A stretch of DNA of 64,000 nt from Raja brachyura (lineage: Eukaryota), in contig OY740805.1 in the NCBI GenBank assembly GCA_963514005.1, positions 36,704,001-36,768,000 of the forward strand, read 5' to 3'. The position numbers were made by a program, and so were the translations under genes. Shown piece by piece: positions 26,543-39,719 of the stretch. Within the stretch, counting starts at the first letter, position 1. Each line of letters starts with the position of its first letter. The notes under the pieces were generated by a model. The model was given only the letters and a program-made list of their open reading frames with translations, did no database searches and was not told where the DNA came from.

Positions 26543-27172
26543 GAAGAGTGGGTGGGTGGATGAGTGTAGATTCATAAGAGCAGCGGATGGCTCATTATCG
26601 CCGCCAGGTTTATTCTGTCATCCATTTAGACCCCGGGGTTGAAAGTGGGATGTTTAGATTTTTCGAAATTTAGTGGTGTCATATAAATAGCGAGAAAGAT
26701 TCTTCAAGAAAGCAGCATGAAACAGATCAAATAAAAAATAGGCGACGTGTCAGCAAACTGAATTTAACGTCGGCAAAGGCGAGCTCCACGCTAATTCGTC
26801 CACACCGCGACGCTATCCCATTTTAGCATCAACTCACAACACATCAGAAGACATTTACAGAGGGCTATTAACCGACCTACCTGCACGTCTTTGGAACGTG
26901 GGTGGAAACCGGATCACCCGGAGAAAACCCGCGAGGTCCCTGCGAGAACGTGAAAACACCACACAGACAGACAGCACCCGGGTTCAGAATCGAACCCGGG
27001 TTGTCTCATGACATGTAAGAGGCGTCCCACCAAGTACTTGAAATGCTGAGACATGGAAAGGCCATGATCCTAACCCGAGTAAATGGGATTGTGTAGATAG
27101 GTGTAATGTATGGCATTGACTGGGTGGGCCGAAAGGCCAGCGCGGAAACTATAAGATTATTTCTGGTTTCAG

Positions 27173-27505
27173 GTGCTGTTGGAGCCAATGAATCGATCAT
27201 ACAATCACCGAAGAATATCACAGTTACTGAAGGCGGGACTGTGCGGATAAACTGTACATTTGTTGGCAAGACAATCAGTTCAATTGGGGCCATTAGTTGG
27301 TACAAAGACGTGGAAACTCGTGCCGTTTGCAACACGAGTGGCGACTATTATGGTCGCGTTCAGAAAAATAGTTCACCGGGAATTGTAAAAGAATCCATCA
27401 AAATCACTGACCTCAAAATGAACGAGACAGGAAAGTATTACTGCCGAGTGACTTTTTTCACGGGGGGAATATATAATGGCCACGGCACTGAAGTCACAGT
27501 CACAC
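27173..27505 (+). CDS. Gene B Ig V-set exon (NKp30/NCR3-like, joined VJ)
   Basis: tttcag| ... C|gtaagt, 333 nt, phase 1-1; INC, ISWYKD, YYCRV and GHGTEVTV motifs. Confidence 0.93.
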
Positions 27506-28604
27506 GTAAGTTTGCGGTACCTTAACTTTATCTTTACTGTTCCAAAAAACATTCCTAACACCGGCCACCACACGCCTCAACAACGTAGCTTGGTCAGTTC
27601 AGATTTAAGCACAGAAATTCATTATATATGTAGGGGCCACAGTTTAAGAATAATCGGTAGGCCATTTTGGATCCACATGAGGAAAAACATTTTCACCCAG
27701 AGAGTTGTGAATCTGTGGAATGATCTGCCCCAAAAGGCAGTGGAGGCCAATTTTCCGGATGTTTTCAAGAAAGAGTTTGATATAGTTCTTAAAATAGCGA
27801 AATCAAGGGATACGAGGAGAATGCAGGAACTGGGTACTGATTGTGGATGATCAGACATGATCACAGCGAATGGCCGTACTGGCTCGAGGGGCAGAATGGC
27901 CTACCTTTGCGCCTATTGTCTAATGTCTATTGCCCTCTCCGGCCAACATGTCCCAGCAACACTCGTCCCACCTTCGTGCCCTTGGCAACAACATGGAGAA
28001 CGTGCACACTCCACACCGGCAGTTAGCATTGAGGCCAGGTTACCGGCCCTCAGAGGCAGTAGCTGCTTCGGCTATTCCCTCAAGCAACCAAGTTGGAGAT
28101 AAAGGGAACTGCAGATGCAGGGTTACAAACAGAAAGATGCAAAGTGCTGGAGTAAATCCGCGAGCATCTCTGGAGAACATGGATAGGTCACATTGTGGGA
28201 TGCTGAAGAAGGGTGCCGACCTGTAAAGTCGTCTATCCATGGGAGTGGGAGATTGCAACGTTCACGTGGTTCGCCCTGTTTCGACGAATGCAAACAACCC
28301 GACGTGCACAATCAAATAAGATCAAATAGAACAAGTTGTTCTACAACTTTAGGCAATGCACGCCATACGCAAGAGGAAGAAGCCTATCCATGTTCTCCAG
28401 AGATGCTACCTGACCCGTTGAATTAGTCCAGCACTTTGAATTCTATGCAAGATCCCCACATCTGTTGTTCCTTTTATGGCTAATGAAGTGTGGGAATTGA
28501 TCTCCGTTTGGAATGATAGTGGGAACATTTCATTGCACAGGAATGGAAGGAAACCAAAATAAACTGGGAAAGTAATTGGTGAACTTGATGTTTTATTCCG
28601 GCAG

Positions 28605-28765
28605 GCCGGAGCCTTGTAGAAAGCCCTGCGTGGAGATTACGTTGGCAGCTGCTGATAATGGGAGTGAAACTTGCAACGTTCATTGTGATCAACGTTGTAA
28701 TAGTCTTCATCATCCGCTCATGGGAGTCTTGTGGATTTGCCAGTCGGAGAAAACGAAGTCTATAA
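28605..28765 (+). CDS. Gene B stalk/TM/short tail exon with intramembrane Lys (activating type): RRSLVESPAWRLRWQLLIMGVKLATFIVINVVIVFIIRSWESCGFASRRKRSL*
   Basis: Acceptor ttttattccggcag|, open in phase 1, Lys codon 28667-28669, TAA 28763-28765, donor acg|gtaaga at 28778/28779. Confidence 0.87.
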
Positions 28766-28894
28766 GGCTGGTCAAACGGTAAGAGGATTGTCAGCTGCAT
28801 GTGTAGGTTGCATTAGCAGCTGAGGCCACTGGACAATGGTGCGTTTTATTGTCACTTGCGAGGTGCTACCACAGTGAAAATATTTCCCTTACAT

Positions 28895-29135
28895 ACTTAC
28901 CTTAACGTAACGTAACTTAACCAAACGAAACTATAATTAACTTAACTTAACTTAACCAAACGAAACAAAAAAAACAACTTAACTTTACTAAATAATTAAA
29001 CTGAACTAAACTTATCCAAACTAAACAAAACAAAACTTAACTAAACTTAACCAAACCAAACAAAATTAAACTAACTTAAACTAAACTTACCATAACTTAA
29101 TTTAACTTAACTAACTTAACTTAACTTAACTAATC
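28895..29135. repeat. Degenerate (AACTT/AAACT)n satellite
   Basis: Visible; same position as the 13788 block in gene A. Confidence 0.85.
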
Positions 29136-29509
29136 TTCAATATATTGAATTTAATTCAAATACTACACTACCTTGACCACGCTCTCATTTCACTCCTACT
29201 GTCACGTAGAAGAGATCTGAGACTGACAACTGTGAACACAAGGTTCAAGAACAGCTCCTTACCTGCAACGATCAGGCTCTTGAACATCACAGAAGACTAG
29301 GCTCGACTATGAACATGTATGGACACTTCTTGGGTTGCACCAAGGGTCTTGCATTTTCGTGTTTGCACTAGTTAGAAATGTATTGTTGGTTTAGTTTATT
29401 ATATTTTATCAAAGTTTGTTGTTTGCATAGGCCTGTTGTGCTGCTGCCAGAAAGAATTCCATTATCCTGTTCTCGGTACAACAAACATGGACACAATATA
29501 ATAGACGAT

Positions 29510-31390
29510 AGACAATAGACAATAGGTGCACGAGAAGGCTATTCGGCCCTTCGAGCCAGCACCGCCATTCAATGTGATCATGGCTGATCATCCCCAATCA
29601 TACCCCGTTCTTGCCTTCACCCCATATCCCCTGACTCTGCTATCTGTAAGAGCCCTATCTAGCTCTCTCTTGAAAGCATCCAGAGAACCTGCCTCCAACG
29701 CCCTCTGAGGCAGAGAATTCCACAGACTATCCAATCTTTGTGAGAAAAAGTGTTTCATCGTCTCCGTTCTAAATGGCTTACTCCTTATTTTTGAACTGTG
29801 GCCCCTGGTTCTGGACTCCCCCAACATTGGGAACATGTTTCCGGTCTCTAGCGTGTCCAAACCCTTAACAATCTTATATGTTTGAATGAGATCTCCTCTC
29901 ATCCTTCTAAACTCCAGAGTGTGCAAGCTCAGCTGCTTCATTCTCTCAACATATGACAGTCCCGCCAACCCGGGAATTAACCTTGTAAACCTTCGCTGCA
30001 CTCCCACAATAGCAACAATGTCCTTCCTCAAACTAGGGGACCAAAACTGCACACAATACTCCAGGTGTGGTCTCACCAGGGCTCTGTACAACTGCAGGAG
30101 GACGTATTTGTTCCTATATTCGATTCCTCTCGTTAAAAAGGCCAACATGCCATTCGCTGTCTTCATTGCCTGCTGTACCTGCATGTTTACCTTTATAGAC
30201 TGATGTACAAGGACCCTATAATCCCGTTGTATTACCCTTTTCCCAACTTGACGCCATTTAGATAGTAATCTGCCTTCCTGTTTTTGCTACCAAAGTGCAT
30301 AACCTCACATTTATCCGGATTAAACGTAATCTGCCATGCATCTGTCCACTCCCCCAACCTGTCCAAGTCACCCTGCATTCTCATAGTATCCTCCTCACAG
30401 TTCACACTGCCACCCAGCTTTGTGTCATCTGCAAATTTGCTAATGTTACTTTGAATCCCTTCAATCAAATCATTAATGGATATTGTAAATTATCAGCAAT
30501 GTATCCACGATTTCTAGAGCCACTTTGTTAAGTACCCTGGAATGCAGACCATCAGCCCTTGGGGATGTATTAGCCTTTGGTCCCATCAGTGTATCCAACT
30601 CCATTTCCTGCCTAATGTGGATTTCCTTCAGTTCCTCCGTCACCCCAGATCCTCTGGCCACTACTATATCGGGAAGATTGTTTGTGTCCTCCTTAGTGAA
30701 GACAGTTCCAAAGTACCTGTTCAACTCATCTGCCATTTCCTTGTTCCCCATAATAAATTCACCTTTTTCGGTCTTGAAGGGTCCAACTTTGGTCTTAACA
30801 ATGTGTTTCCTCTTCACATACCTAAATAAGCTTTTACTATCCTGCTTTATATTTTTGGCTACCTTACCTTCGTACCTCATCTTTTCTCCCCGTATTGTCT
30901 TTTTGGTTATCTTCTGTTGTTCTTTAAACTTTACCCAATCCTCTTGCTTCCCGCTCATCTTTGCTACGTTGTACTTGTTCGCTTTAATTTTTATACTGTC
31001 CCTGACATCCCTTGTCAGCCATGATCGTCCTTTTCTTCCCTTGGAATCTTTCTTCCGCCGAAGGAATGAAATGATTCTGCATCTTCTGTATTATTCCAAG
31101 AAATACCTGCCATTTTTGTTCCTCTGTCATCCATGCAAATGTATCTTTCCAGTCAACTTTGGCCAGCTCCTCCCTCATGGCCCCATAGTCCCCTTTATTC
31201 AACTGCAACACTGAAACCCCCGATATACCATTCTCCCTCTCCAATTGTAGATTAAACGTGACCATGTTATGGTCATTGCCTTCTAATGGCTCATTAACCT
31301 CGACGTCCTTTATCAAATCCGGTTCATTACATAACACTAAACCCAGAATAGCCTTCTCCCTGGTAGGCTCCAACACAAGCTGTTCTAAAA
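29510..31390 (-). mobile_element. CR1 LINE (EN/RT fragments), specific to the gene B unit
   Basis: LVRPHLEYCVQFWSP, KFADDTKLGG, PTREKAILGLVL; absent at the corresponding site in gene A (about 15200). Confidence 0.9.
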
Positions 31391-31830
31391 AGCTATCCTA
31401 ATAATCAACTAAGCCAACACTAAATTTGTAATTAGTGCGAGCCCTCTCGAATCTTGTAAAGTTGTCTTTTTGCAACAAAAAAAGACGACTTGACAGAGAA
31501 AACTAGACAGATCCTGGCCAGAAATTAGGATCGCATACTGGCTTGGATGTTACATGGATAGGACACGTTAGGAGGGGTACCGGCCAAACGTTGGCAGGTG
31601 GGTTTAGTGCAGCTGGGACATGTTGGCCGGTGTGGGGAACGTGGGCCCAGAGAGTCTGTTTCCACGCTGTATCAATCTATGACTCTATGACTCGATGACT
31701 CGGAGTTATGTGGACACATTCTTGACATGAACCTTAATACAAATAATTGCAGTCAATTGTGTTCAATGCTATTCATATTTTGGTGTGCTTGTGCATGTGG
31801 TATACTAATGTATCTATTTCATTTTCTCAG

Positions 31831-31890
31831 ACCATAAGTGTTGAACTCCCTACATATTGAATAAACCCATCCAGCAGATCAAACCAAGAA
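31831..31890 (+). other. Gene B terminal (3'UTR) exon with poly(A) signal; codes HHKC* if joined directly to V
   Basis: Acceptor tatttcattttctcag|, AATAAA at 31860-31865. The 3' end is approximate. Confidence 0.65.
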
Positions 31891-32104
31891 AAGCAAATCC
31901 ATTATTGAATCTAGATTAGTTCAGTCAGCTGTGCTGACACTGTTGTAGGTCAACACCCATTTGGGGTAATGTAATTTGTGAATTCTTACACCCATTAAAA
32001 CTCCACATTACCTTCGTGTTTGTTCATTCCTGGCACCGACAGTTTCAAGTCAGAGTGGTTACATTTCAAGCGTATCAATAGACAATAGAAAATATTTAGT
32101 ATAC

Positions 32105-32625
32105 AGTATACAAGTCCAGCTGCTCCATTCTTTCAACATTTGACAGTCCCTCCATCCCGGGAATTAACCTTATAAAGCTACGCAGCGCTCCCTCAATAGG
32201 AAGAATGTCCTTCCTCAAATTAGGGGACCAAAACTCTAGGCGTGGTCTGGACACTCCAGGCGTGGTCTCACTAAGGCCATATTCATCTGCAGAAGGACCT
32301 CTTTGCTTCTATACTCAACTACTCGTGTTATGACGGCCAACATGCCATGCGCTTTCTTCACTGCCTGTTGTACCAGCATGCTCACTTTCATTGATTGATT
32401 AACTTGGAAGCCCAGATCTCGTTGTACGCCCCCTTTCCCCAAATTGACACCATTTATATAATAATCTGCCGTCCTGTTCTTGCCACCAAAGTGGATGACC
32501 TCACATATATCCACATTAAACTGATCTGCCATGCATCTGCCCACTCACCCATCCTGTCCAAGTCACCCTGCATCCTCATAACATCCTCCTCGTAATTTAC
32601 ACTGCCACCCAGGTTTGTGTCACCA
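32105..32625 (-). mobile_element. CR1 fragment (paralog of 15920-16560)
   Basis: CEVIHFG and LVRPRLE motifs; same position in the duplicated unit. Confidence 0.8.
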
Positions 32626-34469
32626 TTGCCTGAGTGAAGCCATTGTAAAACAGGACCACATAGTCCATCTCAGTAGCTTAGAACCCAACATTGAACTCTA
32701 AATTTTCCAATGTCAGTTTAATAACCCGTAATGCCCCTCCCTCCCTTCCCCAATTTCTATTGGCCGCCCCGTCCACCGCTCTTCCTTTCTCTGGTTCCGG
32801 AATCATATTTTCCGTTCGCCCGTCTAATTCCGTTATAGATTGCGCAATTGCATGAACCTCCTTTACCCTTTCACGCAGCGAGTTGCAGATCAATGTGACA
32901 CACTATTGCACCTGTATCGGACTTGTATTGATTGTATCATGTGTGGTGGAGAGGTTCACGTGACGGATGAACACTCATTTAATATTTAAACACACAGTGT
33001 AATAGACAATATACATTAGACAATCGGTGCAGGGGTAGACTATTCGGCCCTTCAAACCAGCACCACCATTCAATGTGATCATGGCTTATCATCCCGAATC
33101 AGTACTCCGTTCCTGCCTTCTCCCCATATCCACTGACTCCGCTATCTTTAAGACACCTATCTATCTATACTGTCTTGAAAGCATCCAGCGAACCGGCCTC
33201 CACCGCCTTCTGAGGCAGAGAATTCCACAGACTCACAACTCTCTGGGTGAAAAAGTGTTTCCTCATCTCCGTTCTAAATAGCTTACCCCTTATTCTTAAT
33301 ATTAGTACCAAAGCGATGGCTGCCAAATGAAGTCTAGCTCTGTCGTTTGCTGCATCCCTTCACCTGACCGACCAGATTGGCGTCAGTTCAGCCGAGAGTT
33401 CCAGATCGACAAATGAAGCTTGGAGAACACTAGATGGCGCAACAATGGTGTGATTTGACAGTGATTATTACAGGTTGTAATAATAGACCAATAATGAACA
33501 CTTTGTTAATAGGATCTTGATCGTGTTCTTTAAATGATGACAACAAATTATCGCTGAATGATGTGCGTTGGAAAGTTAGTAAAAGTCCTGCTGTATCCGA
33601 AACTTTAATAAGTATCTTCTGTTACATGGATGTCCATTCTACCGGTATATACACGTATGTGTCTCATAAGGTGATAAGGTGATACGGTCATAAGGTCATA
33701 AGTGATAGGAGCAGAATTAGGCCATTTGGTCCATCGTGTCTCATGGCTGATCTATCTCTCTCTCCTAACTGAATTTCCCTGCCTTCTCCCCATTCCTCTA
33801 ACACCTGTACTAATCAACAATCTATCTATCTTTGCCTTACACATATCCATTGATTTGGCCTCCACAACCTTCTGCGGCTAAGAATTCCACAGATTCACCG
33901 CCCTCTGACTCAATAAATTCCCCCCCATCTCATATTTAATAAAAACGTCATTTAATACTGCGGCTGTGACCTCGAGTCGTAGACTTTCCCGTTTTGGAAT
34001 TATCCTCTCCACATCCACCATATGCAAGCCTTTCACTATTCAGTAAGTTTTAATGAAATTCCCTCTCATCCTTCTTAGCTCCTGCTGGTACAGTCCCAAT
34101 GCCGTCAAACACTCATCATATGTTAACCCACTCATTCCTGGGATCATTCTTGTAAACCTCCTCTGGACCCTCTCCAGAGCCAGCACATCCTTCCTCAGAT
34201 ATTGGTCTTGTAGAATCCTATAGGTCCTCACCTTGGCGGTCTCGGCATCCCGATCTCAGATAAAACATTTCCAATCTCCGCATTGTGTTAACAAACAATT
34301 TGAAATATTGTTTGAAATTAAACCAAGGAATATATGCAAGTAAAATATCACAAGGTGCTGGAACAGCCCGAAGAGACCAGCAGTAACTGGAAAACGTGTT
34401 TTGTATCGGATTGTATGCAGAACAAAGCATTTCACTGTCCCAGGGTACATATGAGAATAACGTATCTTG

Positions 34470-34775
34470 AGGGCGGCATGGTGGTGCAGCGGAAGAGTTG
34501 CTGCCTTGCAGCACTTTCAGCGGCAGAAAGCAGGTTCGATCCCTACTACGGGTCTGTACGGAGTTTGTTCCTTCTCCTCGGGACTTGCGTAGGATGGCTC
34601 CGAGGTCTTCGGTTTCATCCCTCACTCCAAAGACATACAGGTTTGTAGGTTAATTGGCTAAGTATACTTGTAAATGGTCCCTAATGTGTGTAGTGTAGTG
34701 TTAATGTGCGCGGATCGCTGGTCGGTGCGGACTCGGTGGGCCGAAGGGCCAGTTTCCTCGGTGTTCTCTAAACAC
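34470..34775 (+). mobile_element. tRNA-derived SINE (representative of many copies in the window)
   Basis: A-box/B-box-like head (ggtggtgcagcgg ... ggttcgatcc), conserved body, ctctaaa(c) tail; many related copies, e.g. about 22170-22500, 59320-59970, 61275-62160. Confidence 0.7.
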
Positions 34776-35669
34776 AACCAACCTTACCGAAACTAAAAAT
34801 CATTGAATCTCCGAATAGGTGACGTTTCTGGTCAGAACACTTATTCAGGCTTTGTGTCTTTTTTTGTAAACCTACATTTGCAGTTCCTTGTTTCTGCAAT
34901 ATATACAGGTGGTTCTGGTTTAACTCAACATCTGCTTCTTGAAGCAACCTCAATTTTGTCAATTGGAAACGAGGGTTTGGGCTCGAGTCTTTCTGAACTT
35001 AATGCTTTACCGTCAGACTATTTTCCAAAATAATGATTTTTTTTCATAGCAAAAATATATATAGTTACATCTGTATTACAGCAAGCTAAAATACTAATAT
35101 TGCATTGTTAAATCGAGTATTATTGCACAAGAGATTGCTTGTAAATTCCAATAGCTACCGGCAGCAAAATGGACTGTGTTCTTAAGAAACAATTATCACC
35201 GATTACTGCAGGGAGGTTACATGGAAACGGTTTTTCGTTATCCCCGACTGTTTTTCCACAAGGCCGGTTTTTTCCTGCATGTAAATTTGCATAATAGGTT
35301 TCAAGTGGTTCTCAAGCATCAATCGAGTCATGTCTCAATCGCGTTGTGCAAGCACTGAAACACTGAAATAGCAGAAACACTTAACTTGTGGAAATTCTCT
35401 GCATTGTGAAACACTTCGGGGGTTTTGCTACTGACAACAGTACCAAGGTTTTGCAGTTTCAATGCATTGCACTCACGTTCCTCACCAAACCCCGTTCCAA
35501 GAAATGCATGGTCATGGATCAAATAGCAGGATTTCAGTTATCAGTTTAGTTTATTGTCACGCGTACGGAGGTAGAGTGAAAAGCTTTTGTTGCGTGCTAA
35601 CCAGTGAGCAGAAAAACAAATCTTCATTGCAATCGAGCCATTTACAGTGTATACAGACATGATAAGGAC

Positions 35670-36040
35670 CTCAACCCGAAACGTCGCCCATTCCTTCTCT
35701 CCAAATATGCAGCCTCACCCGTTTCGGGTCGAGACCCTTCGTCAGACTGATGACAGGGGAGCGGGCAGGACAAAGATAGAATGTGGGCGGAGACAGTAAG
35801 ACTAGTGGGACAACTGGGAAGGGGAGGGGATGGAGAGAGAGAGCAAGGGCTATCTGAAGTTAGACAAGTCAACTTTCGCACCCCTCCGGTGCAGGTACCC
35901 AAGCACAATATGAGGTGCTGTTCCTCCACTTTGCACTTGGCCTCACTCTGACAATGGAGGAGGCCCTGGACAGAAAGGTCAGATTGGGAATGGGAGGGGG
36001 AGTTGAAGTGCTGAGCCACCGGGAGGTCAGGTAGGTAAAG
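35670..36040 (-). mobile_element. Penelope-like element 3' fragment with terminal repeat
   Basis: LPVAQHFNSPSH...EEQHLILCLGT, typical of the PLE GIY-YIG C-terminus. Confidence 0.65.
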
Positions 36041-39000
36041 ATTAATAGAAAAGTAGTCGTTGAGTGTGGCACAGTGGTCATCGGGTAGAGTTGCTGCCTT
36101 ACAGCTCCAGGTGACCTGGGTTCCATCCTGACTACAGGCGCTGTCTTTACAGAGTTTGTACGTTATCCTGGAGACCGCGTGGAATTTATCCTGGAGCTCC
36201 AGTTTGCTTCCACACTCCAAATACCTACAGGCCTCGGTATAAATTGTAAACTGCCCCCCCCCCCCCCCACCCCCCCCCCCCCCCCCCGTGTGTAGGATGG
36301 AAATGTTTAAGAAAGAACAGAGAATGCCGGTAAAATCGAAGGTAGACACAAAATGCTGGAGTAAATGCGCGGAATTTGTGGGCCGAAGGTACTGTTTCTG
36401 TGCGGTATCTCTAAAGCCACTAATGTCTATAGGCCCACTGAAACAGGTTACTGCATTTCATCAACTGCTCCATTTCTGCAAAAGGCCGCATTTGGTACTG
36501 TCCTCATCAAAGGAGACAGTTTCTTATCCAGGGATTGACACGTGTACCAGCTGAAGCAGCGATTCCCAGCATCTGTTCAGATCGAGAGTGTTCCATTGCT
36601 TTCCCAAGATATTGTCTATTTTAGTTAGAGAAACCGGAAGCGGTTTACAGTCAGAGGCTTGGAGTGATACAGTGTGGAAACAGGACCTTCGGCCCAACTT
36701 GTCCGTACAGACCAATATATCCCATACACTCCATTCTATCTTTGTCCCGCCCCCTCCCTTGACATCAGTCTGAAGAAGGATCTCGACCCGAAACTTCGCC
36801 CATTCCTTCTCGCCAGAGATGCTGCCTGCCCGCTGAGTTACTCCAGCATTTTGTGTCTACCTTCGATTTAAACCAGCGTCTGCAGTTCTTTCTTGCACAT
36901 TTTGTCTACTCCACTCTCCTCAAGGTGTGTTTTCTTTGAAGAAGTTCTCCTCCTCTCTCCGACGACACTTCAGCAACACCCTCTCTCATTCCTACATTCT
37001 ATCTTGGTCCCGCCCCCTCCACTGACATCATTCTGAAGAAGGGTCAAGACCCGAAACGTCGCCCCTTCCTTCTCTCTAGAGATGCTGCCTGTCCCGTTGA
37101 GTTACTCCAGCATTTTGTGTCTACCATCTACAATAGTCCCACCAGCCTGCGTTTGCCCCATATCACTCCACAGGTCCTATCCATGTACCCGTCTAAATGT
37201 ATCTTAAACTTTGCGATAGTCCCTGTCTCAACTACCTCATCTGGCAGCTTGTTCCATGCACCCACCACACTCTATGTGAATATGTTACCAGAGTTACTGT
37301 AACTGTCAGGTTACTGTTAAATCTTTTTTAGTTTGGTTTAATTCAGTTTGGGTTGCCTTTGTTCCGTTTAGAATTACAACGTGGAAACAGGCCCTTCGGC
37401 CCACCGAATCCACGCCATCCATCCATCAGCCGTTCACATTAGTTCTGTGTTTTCCCACGTATCCACTCGCGATCCACTGGTGGCGATTTATCGAGGGCCA
37501 ATTAGATCCTTAAACCCCGCACGTCTTTGGGATGTGGAAGGAAATGCACGCGGTCACAGTGAATGCGTGCAAACTCGACACACACTGCACCCGAGGTCAG
37601 GATCGAACCCGGTTCTCTGGCGGGAGAGAAATTGATTTGCCAACAGTCATAAAAGGACAAAAACACGAAGTACATGAAATATGAAATTAAAGTGACGAGT
37701 GGAAAGGATTGGTGATGTGTAAAGATTAAGGTGGGGGGGGGGGGGGGGGGGTGTGGAGTCACTCAGTCTCAGTCTACCCCACGACAGAAGGGGGAGGAGT
37801 TGTACAGTTTGATAGCCACAGAGAAGAAGGATCTCCTATGGCGTTCTGTTCTGCATCTTGGTGGAACCAGTCTGTTACCTGCCCTCCAAGGCCACCTCCC
37901 ATGAATCTAACTCCGCCCCCAAGACGGAGCCAGCCTTCCTGGTGAGTTTTAGCTGGAGAAACCCAAGGCATGTCAGCCACACAGAATTTACCCGCGTCAT
38001 CAACACGGTTTAAGGAAGCTAGAACTGTACCGGGTGCCGATAAGACTGGATGTCGCCAAGACTTCTCTGTTTTTGTAGCTCGGTGCTTCGACCCCTGAAA
38101 GAAGTCCAAGGGCTGCTTTAGACCCAACGCCTCAATTGCGCGCCAATTGAGTCGGGGTAAGTACCGGAATATCGAGTTGCCCTCGGTAGGGCGTTGTGAA
38201 TATTGTGTGCTTATGTTGGTGGGTCTAAGCAGTTTAGATTAGTTTAGAAATACCGTGCGAAAACATACCTTTCGGGCAGACAGCATCCATGGTCGGGATC
38301 GAACCCGGCACTGTAAGCGTTCTAAGGCGTCAACTCTGCCGCTGCGCCAGTCGAACACGACGAAGACTGATTGTTGGTGAATGAGTTACCCTGGAGGGGG
38401 TTCATGGATGGAATGGGGGGAGGAGGGGTAGGGAGAGGAGGAGGGGGGGGTTTGGGGAGAGGTGGAGGCATAGAATGGCAGAGCGGGGGGGAAGAAAGAG
38501 GAGAGATAGAAGGGAGAGGGAGAAGAGGGGGGAGACAGGTGGTGAGAGAGAGGGGGAGAGAAAGGGGAAGGAGAGGGGGAGAGGGGGGGAGGGAGTGAGA
38601 GAGACTGAGGAGGGGAAGAGACTGTTACACGTTATTTATATTTAACTTCTCTTGTTTATGCATCGAGGAGCGTGAGAGACAATTGAAGACTGTGTATGGA
38701 GAAAAACAACTCTTAAAGATAGCGGAGTCAGTGGATATGGAGAGTAGGCAGGAACCAGGTACCGATTGAGGATGATCAGCCATAATCACATTGAATGGCG
38801 GTGCTGGTTCGAGTGGCCGAATGGCCTACTCCTGTGCCTGTTGTCTATTGTCTATTGTCTATTGCTTGTTTCCGTTTATCATTTCTAACTTTTTGCAATC
38901 TCACGTTTCCCTTGCCCCTGACTCAGTCTGAAGAAGGGTCTCGACCCGAAACGTCACGCATTCCTTCTCTCCAGAGATGCTGCCTGTCCCGCTGAGTTAA

Positions 39001-39427
39001 TCCCGCTTTTTGTGTTTTTGCCGTGGTTACTCCTTTCGCTTTTAACAGAGTCGTGGACACATATGAAATGGGAGCAGGTCCTTCGGCCCAATTTGCCAAC
39101 ACCGACCAACATATCCCATCCAAACCAGTCCCACCTGCCTGCGTATCCGCCATGTTGAATTCCCCCGCAATTCGTGTGTTCTAGTTGGAGAGTGGTGGGT
39201 ACGCACTTTAAGCCCCCCAACTCCGCGAGATATGAAGCAGGTGGACACATTTGTGGACCCTGTGAATGCAGAAGGGCGGTAAATAAAGAGGAACTAAACA
39301 ACTTGGCGTTAACAAGGCTGCAGATGCGGTATTCTCAAGACAAATTTGCACACGTCGTTACTAATCACACACGTCATTTCTTAGAATGTAATTACAAAAT
39401 TTAGGAAGTTTAGTTGCCTGCTTGTGA

Positions 39428-39437
39428 GGAAGTGAAA
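39428..39437 (+). promoter_or_regulatory. EICE (GGAAGTGAAA) upstream of gene C
   Basis: Paralog of the 15-24 site; a further GGAAGT at about 39404. Confidence 0.4.
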
Positions 39438-39719
39438 AGAGCTGTGAGCAATCTTGATGATTCTTTTTACATTTCATGAGTAAAGATATGAATATCTTTA
39501 GCTTGCTTCCTCTTGCTTGAAGTCCACTGTACCCCTATGTTGATATGATCATTGGCCCTGTTACTCGGGATACGGTATCTAATTATCCACGTTTGATCCG
39601 GACCCTGAGTGCTGTCTGAATAGAGTTTGCACATCTCCCAATGCACTTCTTGGGGTTACTTGTGTGCTCCAGCATCCTGGTTTAAGGCGAATTGGCTAGT
39701 AATTTTGTCCCAAGTGAAC

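Noticed and set aside
25755-26642. ORFs spanning N runs and GA/CA repeats
   Set aside because: Artefacts of gaps and microsatellites, apart from the leader codons at 25831-25866.
34470-34545. tRNA gene
   Set aside because: A/B-box-like head of a multicopy SINE; no complete cloverleaf visible.
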